Shown piece after piece: positions 7,647 through 12,551 of a stretch of DNA of 12,551 bases. The DNA lies in NCBI GenBank assembly GCA_041640455.1, contig JBEQAF010000065.1, positions 1 to 12,551 on the forward strand. The letters are read 5' to 3'. The position numbers and the translations under genes are program-made. Below the pieces are notes generated by a model. That model searched no databases. It worked only from the letters and a program-made list of their open reading frames with translations, and was not told the DNA's origin. How positions within the stretch are numbered: position 1 is the stretch's first letter; every line of letters begins with the position of its first letter. Source of the DNA: a bacterium (lineage in GTDB: Bacteria; CALINM01).

Positions 7647-8421
7647 AGTCTTCACCTTCTCCTTTTTCTTCTCTTGCTGCAAGCTCCAATGCCAAATCAA
7701 AATAATCCTTTTTTAAATCAAACTCTTTGTTAAGAAGGAAAATAGGAACACCTTTCAGATTTGATATCTCAAAATCATCGGAGTAACGAATAACACTTTT
7801 AAAAAATATCTCCTTGGGAAACAGCTGTTTAAGCTCCAGCAAAAGCTTATTCTCGCTATCAGTCCCCCTGTACATGGTTATTAATATACCTTCTATCTCA
7901 AGGCTCTGATTGTCCGTAATTTTAACATTTTCAAGCACTTTCAGCAGAGATGAAAGGCTTTTTATGGCAGCAATTTTTGGTATTACAGGTATTATTACCG
8001 AATCGCTTGCAGAAAGATAGGTGTATAGCAGATTTGTTACGCTGTAAGCTGAATCTATAATAACATAATCAAAATACTCTTTTAGTTTTATAATTAGTCT
8101 TTTAATGATATCCTGATTCTCACGGTCATCAAGTAGTTTGTAGTCCTCAGACTCAAGGTTGCCTATGCCTATTATTGAAAAATTCTTATTCTTGGTAAAT
8201 GTAATGATATCATTTGCCCTGGCTTCTTTTTTAAGAATGTTAATAATACCTTTGTTTGTCACATTTCTTAAGTTAACCGAGATAGATATGCCGCCTTGCG
8301 GGTCACCGTCAATGACAACCACTTTTTTACCTAAGAGACTTAAACAGTAGCCTAAGTTTAATGCTGTGGTAGTTTTCCCAACCCCACCTTTTGGACTTGT
8401 GATAGTAATGGTCTTTTTCAT
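7630..8421 (-). CDS. ParA/Soj family ATPase (orphan, no parB in window)
   Basis: Deviant Walker A PKGGVGKTT, VIDGDPQG, Walker B FDYVIID, ASDSVIIPV, GILITMY, and C-terminal DYFDLALEL. AAGGA SD; starts 1 nt after the upstream stop. Confidence 0.93.
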   Translation of the reverse strand: MKKTITITSPKGGVGKTTTALNLGYCLSLLGKKVVVIDGDPQGGISISVNLRNVTNKGIINILKKEARANDIITFTKNKNFSIIGIGNLESEDYKLLDDRENQDIIKRLIIKLKEYFDYVIIDSAYSVTNLLYTYLSASDSVIIPVIPKIAAIKSLSSLLKVLENVKITDNQSLEIEGILITMYRGTDSENKLLLELKQLFPKEIFFKSVIRYSDDFEISNLKGVPIFLLNKEFDLKKDYFDLALELAAREEKGEGEDYAELF

Positions 8422-8422
8422 A

Positions 8423-9298
8423 TCAATCCTTTATTTTTATTTGTTGATTTTTTAATTTTTCCTTTAAAAGCTCCAGATTCTCTTTTAAATCTCCTTTCAT
8501 AAAAGATAAGGCATCTATAAGGGTTATATCTTTAGTCCCAAAGAATTTAGCCATCTCTTCATCAGTTATTAATATTCTATCGGTTTCTTTAAAATCTGGA
8601 GAAAGATTTTTTCTCAGCTCATCCAGATATGTGACGGCTGAAAATAAATAGTCCGATACCGTTGCCTTCGGACTGCCATCAAGATTTTTATTCACAAAGG
8701 TAATCCTAAAACCGCCATAATTGTGCAGAAGCAGTCTGATCAGGGCATCAAAATCATAGATATCTCCAAATCTTATTAAAGTAAAAGAACCATCTTTTAT
8801 CTGAACCTCACCATCAATCTCTTCAAATCTAATTATGCCGCTTTTTTTGTTAATATCAAATATCTGTAAAACTTCTTCCAGTGTAAGGGTTGTCAGATCT
8901 CCTTTTAATGTATCAGAAGAGGATCTCGCCCTTCTTATAATAGTCCTGATCCTTGCGAGTACTTCGGTTTTTGAAAAGGGCTTGGTAATATAATCATCAG
9001 CTCCAGCTTCAAGCCCCTTCACCTTAATATCAACCTTATCCAGTGAGGTTAACAGGATAAAAATTATATCTGATAAGTTCTTGTCTTCTCTGATTTTTTT
9101 TAACACATCCAGACCTGTCATACCTGGCATGTTGATATCACACAGAATAACATCGGGTTTTATTACGCTCACATCCTCAAGAGCCTTCTTCGGATCTGTG
9201 TTTGAATATACCTGAAAATCTGAAAAAGCTAAATATTCGCTCAATACTTCAATTACGGATTCGTCGTCATCAATTATAAATATTTTATAACTTTTCAC
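8423..9298 (-). CDS. Response regulator, REC + DUF4388 (PatA N-terminal-like) domain
   Basis: Intact receiver (IIDDD, ILCDINMPG, LLTS, DDYITKPF) followed by LKGDLTTLTLEEVLQIFDINKKSGIIRF..GEVQIKDG, the characteristic DUF4388 opening. No winged-helix output. GTG start overlaps the kinase stop (GTGA). Confidence 0.9.
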   Translation of the reverse strand: MKSYKIFIIDDDESVIEVLSEYLAFSDFQVYSNTDPKKALEDVSVIKPDVILCDINMPGMTGLDVLKKIREDKNLSDIIFILLTSLDKVDIKVKGLEAGADDYITKPFSKTEVLARIRTIIRRARSSSDTLKGDLTTLTLEEVLQIFDINKKSGIIRFEEIDGEVQIKDGSFTLIRFGDIYDFDALIRLLLHNYGGFRITFVNKNLDGSPKATVSDYLFSAVTYLDELRKNLSPDFKETDRILITDEEMAKFFGTKDITLIDALSFMKGDLKENLELLKEKLKNQQIKIKD

Positions 9299-11046
9299 CC
9301 TTTAAACACCCTGTTAAAATCAAATTTATCAAGCTCATCGGCTGATAAACAGAAATCAAAGGCACTGTCTGCAAATTTGTTCTCAGAAAATCCTATCAGA
9401 TAGTTCTCTTTCTTTTTCTTGCCGTTAACGTGGTTGACAAAACTTCTAAGCTTATCATCAAATAATTCGTAATTTATCATTATAATCTCCGGGTTTTCAA
9501 GGTTAAAGACCCTTTCAAGCTCATAGATATTTTTTACCTTATAGGTAATCACATTCTTTTCCCTGAACAGGTTATCCAGTCTTGATATATACTCCATTGA
9601 CGGATCATAGATAACCGCAATGCTGCTGTCAAATGATTTATTTGAGTCCTTTTTTATCTTAAGTTTAAAAACTGCCCCGGTGGCATCGGCTCTATTACTA
9701 ACCTCTATCTCCCAGTTTTGAAGATCCGCATAGCTCTTAACTATATAAAGACCGAGCCCATACCCCTCCTTTCTACTATCTGCAACAAAGAAAAGGTCAA
9801 ATATCTTTCCCCTTATTTTTTCATCTATCCCCTTCCCAGAGTCTATAAAATCTATTTCAATAAGCTCATCGGTTTCAGTAAAGTTTATAATTATCTCCTT
9901 CCCCTCTTCAGTGTATTTAATTGCATTCTCAATAAGATTGTTGAAAATCTCTTCGGTTTTAATAATATCACATATTACTGGATAGTTTGTTCCATTCTCA
10001 TTTAGAATAATTTTTATATTTTTTCTTACAGCGTTGATGGAAAGATTGGATATACACTCTTTGAGTAGACCGAGTATGTGACATCTGGAAAAATTGGGTT
10101 TATTAATCCCCCTTTCAATCCTTGATATGCTTAATGTATCGGATACAAAACGGTTCAAAGATAGGGCTATATTTTTCGCTTTTTCAAGATACTCTTTTTG
10201 CTTTTCTGGCTCTTTGAACCCCATTATCTCAAGGTAGTTTATTATGCCGTTAATCTGCCCCTTAATATCATGAGAGACAATACTGATAATATTCAAAAGC
10301 TCCCGATGAAGTATATTTGCTTCCTGATCCCTAATAATAGCCTTCTGCTCAATATTTTTTTGATGGGTAGACTCAAAGTGGGTTGCAATGAATCCGATAA
10401 TATTCTTTCTGTAATCAAAAACCGTATTTACAAAGACATTTACAAACACCTCTGTGCCGTCTTTCTTTCTGTTAAAAATATTTCCTCTATACTGGCCTAT
10501 ATCTTTGTTCAGAAGCGAATCCCACATCCTTTTGTATTCTGACGGTGCCTGCCTGAAAGACTTAAAAATGCTTGGCTTTGAGCCAATAACCTCTTCAACC
10601 GTATAGCCATAAAGATCATAAAGAGCCTTATTGGCATCCAGGATTATGCCATGCATGTCAGTTATAAACATGGGGTTGGGATTATTAATAAAGTTTCTGT
10701 AAAAAAACATCAGCTTCTGCCAGGCTTCAACATTCTTAGACAGGTCTTTTATAAAAAGTCTGAAAATATTATTATGTTTTAAGATAACACCCTCAAAAGG
10801 GATGCCGTTCTTACCTGTTAAATAGATATTTTTAAAACTGATATACTCTTCATCCAGTTTATCCATCGCCTCTATCAAAGATCGACATGAATCATCGTCA
10901 AAATAATCCAATATGTTTGTATCCTGTATAAAAGCAAGATCTCCCTTATCTGTGATGCGAAAAATATTATAGTTCTCATCAATAAGCAGTTGTCCGTAGG
11001 TAGCACATTCAAAAAAAAGCAGGTTAATATCTCCTTTTTGGATCAT
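9295..11046 (-). CDS. Cytoplasmic PAS-domain histidine kinase with C-terminal pseudo-receiver
   Basis: N-terminal degenerate PAS-like region, then a clear PAS/PAC (NPMFITDMHGIILDAN..YGYTVEEVIG..NRKKDG). H-box SHDIKG, N-box NLIENAIKY, G1 DSGKGI, G2 GYGLGL. C-terminal REC-like fold lacks the phospho-Asp. No transmembrane segment seen. Confidence 0.93.
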   Translation of the reverse strand: MIQKGDINLLFFECATYGQLLIDENYNIFRITDKGDLAFIQDTNILDYFDDDSCRSLIEAMDKLDEEYISFKNIYLTGKNGIPFEGVILKHNNIFRLFIKDLSKNVEAWQKLMFFYRNFINNPNPMFITDMHGIILDANKALYDLYGYTVEEVIGSKPSIFKSFRQAPSEYKRMWDSLLNKDIGQYRGNIFNRKKDGTEVFVNVFVNTVFDYRKNIIGFIATHFESTHQKNIEQKAIIRDQEANILHRELLNIISIVSHDIKGQINGIINYLEIMGFKEPEKQKEYLEKAKNIALSLNRFVSDTLSISRIERGINKPNFSRCHILGLLKECISNLSINAVRKNIKIILNENGTNYPVICDIIKTEEIFNNLIENAIKYTEEGKEIIINFTETDELIEIDFIDSGKGIDEKIRGKIFDLFFVADSRKEGYGLGLYIVKSYADLQNWEIEVSNRADATGAVFKLKIKKDSNKSFDSSIAVIYDPSMEYISRLDNLFREKNVITYKVKNIYELERVFNLENPEIIMINYELFDDKLRSFVNHVNGKKKKENYLIGFSENKFADSAFDFCLSADELDKFDFNRVFKG

Positions 11047-12275
11047 ATTTCTATCCTTAGCTGATCAATATGAGTAATCTGGTCAAATATATATGAGTTT
11101 TTAATAAGATATCGTACGAGATCTCTGTCAATCTTATTGTGATGCGCAAGGGTTTCAATTAGATTTATTGCCTGCTCAACAGTCATGGCATCTCGATATG
11201 GTCTATTCTCCAAAAAACTGGCTGCCAGATCTGCTATGCTTACAATCCTTGCTCCCAAAGGAATATCCCGATCTTTTTTGCCATAGGGATACCCTGAACC
11301 ATCCAGAAACTCATGATGATAGGATGCATAGATAACCACATCCTGAAAGGCGTCTATAGCTTTTAGCACACTGGCAGTCATAAGAGGATGCATCTTCATC
11401 AGATCATGCTCATCATCGGTTAACCCCCCTCTTTTATCCAGTATTTCAACGGGCACTGAGAGCTTACCAAGATCATGCAAAAATGCGGCTACCTGAATTT
11501 TTAATGTCTCAGTTACAGGAAACTCTATCTCGTTACATATCAGGTTTGCCACCTTGCTAACTCTTTCTGAATGATATTTTGTAAAGCTTGAATGGGAGTT
11601 TATTACCTCTCCGAAAAACTTAAATAAGAATATGCTATCTTTAAAATCAACATTCAGAGGCGAAATATTAAAGATCTCAGCTAAACTTTTATAACTCATC
11701 TTAGATTTTTCGTGAAGAGCAAACCAGATATCGCTTTTATTAAATATTTCATCATAAAAAATCTCAATAAGATCGGGATTAAACTTGCCAGACGAGCTGG
11801 TTTTTATATATTCATTAATCTTGATCTTTGCGTGGGAAATGTCACTTAAACTTTTTGTATTAAATTCAAAAAGCACTGCCAGTCTGTCTGCAAGGTGGAT
11901 TATCTGAGAATACAGAGTATAGGGGCTGTTAAGCTCTTCGTTATAATCTCTGTGATGATAGAGAACAATCTCGGCAGTTTTTTTGAAAAAATCATAATTT
12001 TTTAGTAGATTATAACCATACTGCTCATGGGTTTTAATATCTTCTGGTCTCTCCTCGAAAATACCTGAGATATTCTTTGTTTGAAGATAGATAGCTCCCA
12101 CATCATGAAGCAGGGAAGCTTTAAAAAGCTCATTGATATCAATCTTATCCCTATCTAAAGCTTTTACAAAACAGAGGCTTAAAAAAGCCACCTGTTTGCT
12201 ATGATCCTCAAAATTTTTATGAATGATATCAATGGATTTTGAGAGTGAATACAAAATATCATTAAGGTCAATCAT
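11043..12275 (-). CDS. Tandem HD / HD-GYP cyclic dinucleotide phosphodiesterase
   Basis: N-terminal HD domain (DHS, LLHDVG, YHH, IHLAD) lacks the GYP loop. C-terminal HD-GYP domain is complete (HSERV, LHDLGK, HP, HHEFLDGSGYPYG, RIVSIAD, RPYR). Its stop overlaps the kinase ATG (ATGA). Confidence 0.92.
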   Translation of the reverse strand: MIDLNDILYSLSKSIDIIHKNFEDHSKQVAFLSLCFVKALDRDKIDINELFKASLLHDVGAIYLQTKNISGIFEERPEDIKTHEQYGYNLLKNYDFFKKTAEIVLYHHRDYNEELNSPYTLYSQIIHLADRLAVLFEFNTKSLSDISHAKIKINEYIKTSSSGKFNPDLIEIFYDEIFNKSDIWFALHEKSKMSYKSLAEIFNISPLNVDFKDSIFLFKFFGEVINSHSSFTKYHSERVSKVANLICNEIEFPVTETLKIQVAAFLHDLGKLSVPVEILDKRGGLTDDEHDLMKMHPLMTASVLKAIDAFQDVVIYASYHHEFLDGSGYPYGKKDRDIPLGARIVSIADLAASFLENRPYRDAMTVEQAINLIETLAHHNKIDRDLVRYLIKNSYIFDQITHIDQLRIEI

Positions 12276-12278
12276 AGT

Positions 12279-12551
12279 CTAAAAATTATATCTATCGGTT
12301 ATAGTATCAATTCCACATTCTAAATTAGAAAACCATTGAAAAAATTTAGAAACAATCTCTCTGCCTTTCATTACCGTACCATGCTGGGGGGCTATAGTTT
12401 CGATATCAAGATCCTTAACAAGATTTATCCATGCATTAATAGCCTTTTTTGAAGCCATATATCTTTTGTGGAATGGCTCCATATATTTTATATGGTTTTC
12501 AAAGTTTGAAACAAAAACCTCTGGACTTCCTAAAGATGTCCCTATATCTCC
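12279..12551 (-). CDS. Metallo-beta-lactamase-fold protein, ODP (oxygen-binding di-iron protein)/FprA-N-like, C-terminal part (5' end outside window)
   Basis: The frame is open to the window edge: GDIGTSLGSPEVFVSNFENHIKYMEPFHKRYMAS..WINLVKDLDIETIAPQHG. The GD, FHxRYM and IAPQHG motifs fit stand-alone ODP-type proteins. The protein ends ~30 aa after PQHG, so there is no flavodoxin domain. Confidence 0.8.
   Translation of the reverse strand, partial: GDIGTSLGSPEVFVSNFENHIKYMEPFHKRYMASKKAINAWINLVKDLDIETIAPQHGTVMKGREIVSKFFQWFSNLECGIDTITDRYNF

Noticed and set aside
7647..7700. Longer start (7700) for the roadblock-like ORF
   Set aside because: It would overlap ParA by 71 bp from a TTG start. The ATG at 7646 has a purine-rich SD and a typical short overlap.
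7630..8421. ParABS partition system, plasmid or prophage origin of the region
   Set aside because: No parB, parS palindrome, replication, integrase or phage genes were seen. ParA is embedded in a signalling operon.
8159..10542. Plus-strand ORFs 8159..8350, 9718..10005 and 10198..10542
   Set aside because: Antisense shadows of ParA and the histidine kinase, with no motifs.
11043..12551. Anti-phage or CRISPR-associated role for the HD and MBL-fold proteins (Cas3-HD, CBASS, MBL nuclease)
   Set aside because: The motifs are those of HD-GYP and ODP/FprA-type proteins. No cyclase, helicase, cas gene or repeat array is in the window.
12279..12551. Full flavodiiron protein (FprA) or a true beta-lactamase
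   Set aside because: The ORF ends shortly after PQHG without a flavodoxin domain, and the FHxRYM/PQHG motifs and signalling context fit stand-alone ODP better.

Overview
AT-rich, densely coding window from a Gram-negative (LPS-producing) bacterium, with two blocks. (1) 1-5815 is a cell-envelope block: the 3' end of an ArnT/PMT-like membrane glycosyltransferase (+ strand) converges on a minus-strand run of GT2 (WaaE/KdtX-like), GT2, GT4, GT9 heptosyltransferase and a Wzi-family outer-membrane barrel. (2) 6080-12551 is a tightly coupled minus-strand signalling operon of at least seven genes that begins beyond the window edge. In order: ODP-like di-iron metallo-beta-lactamase-fold protein (partial), tandem HD/HD-GYP phosphodiesterase, PAS histidine kinase with a C-terminal pseudo-receiver, REC-DUF4388 (PatA-N-like) regulator, orphan ParA/Soj ATPase, Roadblock/MglB-like protein, and a REC protein with a probable RomY-like domain and a TPR. 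No component has a DNA-binding output, and none of the six complete genes shows a transmembrane segment. The best candidate novel system is this operon, read as a cytoplasmic O2/redox-sensing module coupled to cyclic-dinucleotide turnover and spatial/polarity control, with a ParA ATPase beside the roadblock gene where an MglA GTPase is usually found. All assignments come from motif recognition by eye; no searches were run. No RNA genes, CRISPR arrays or mobile elements were seen.
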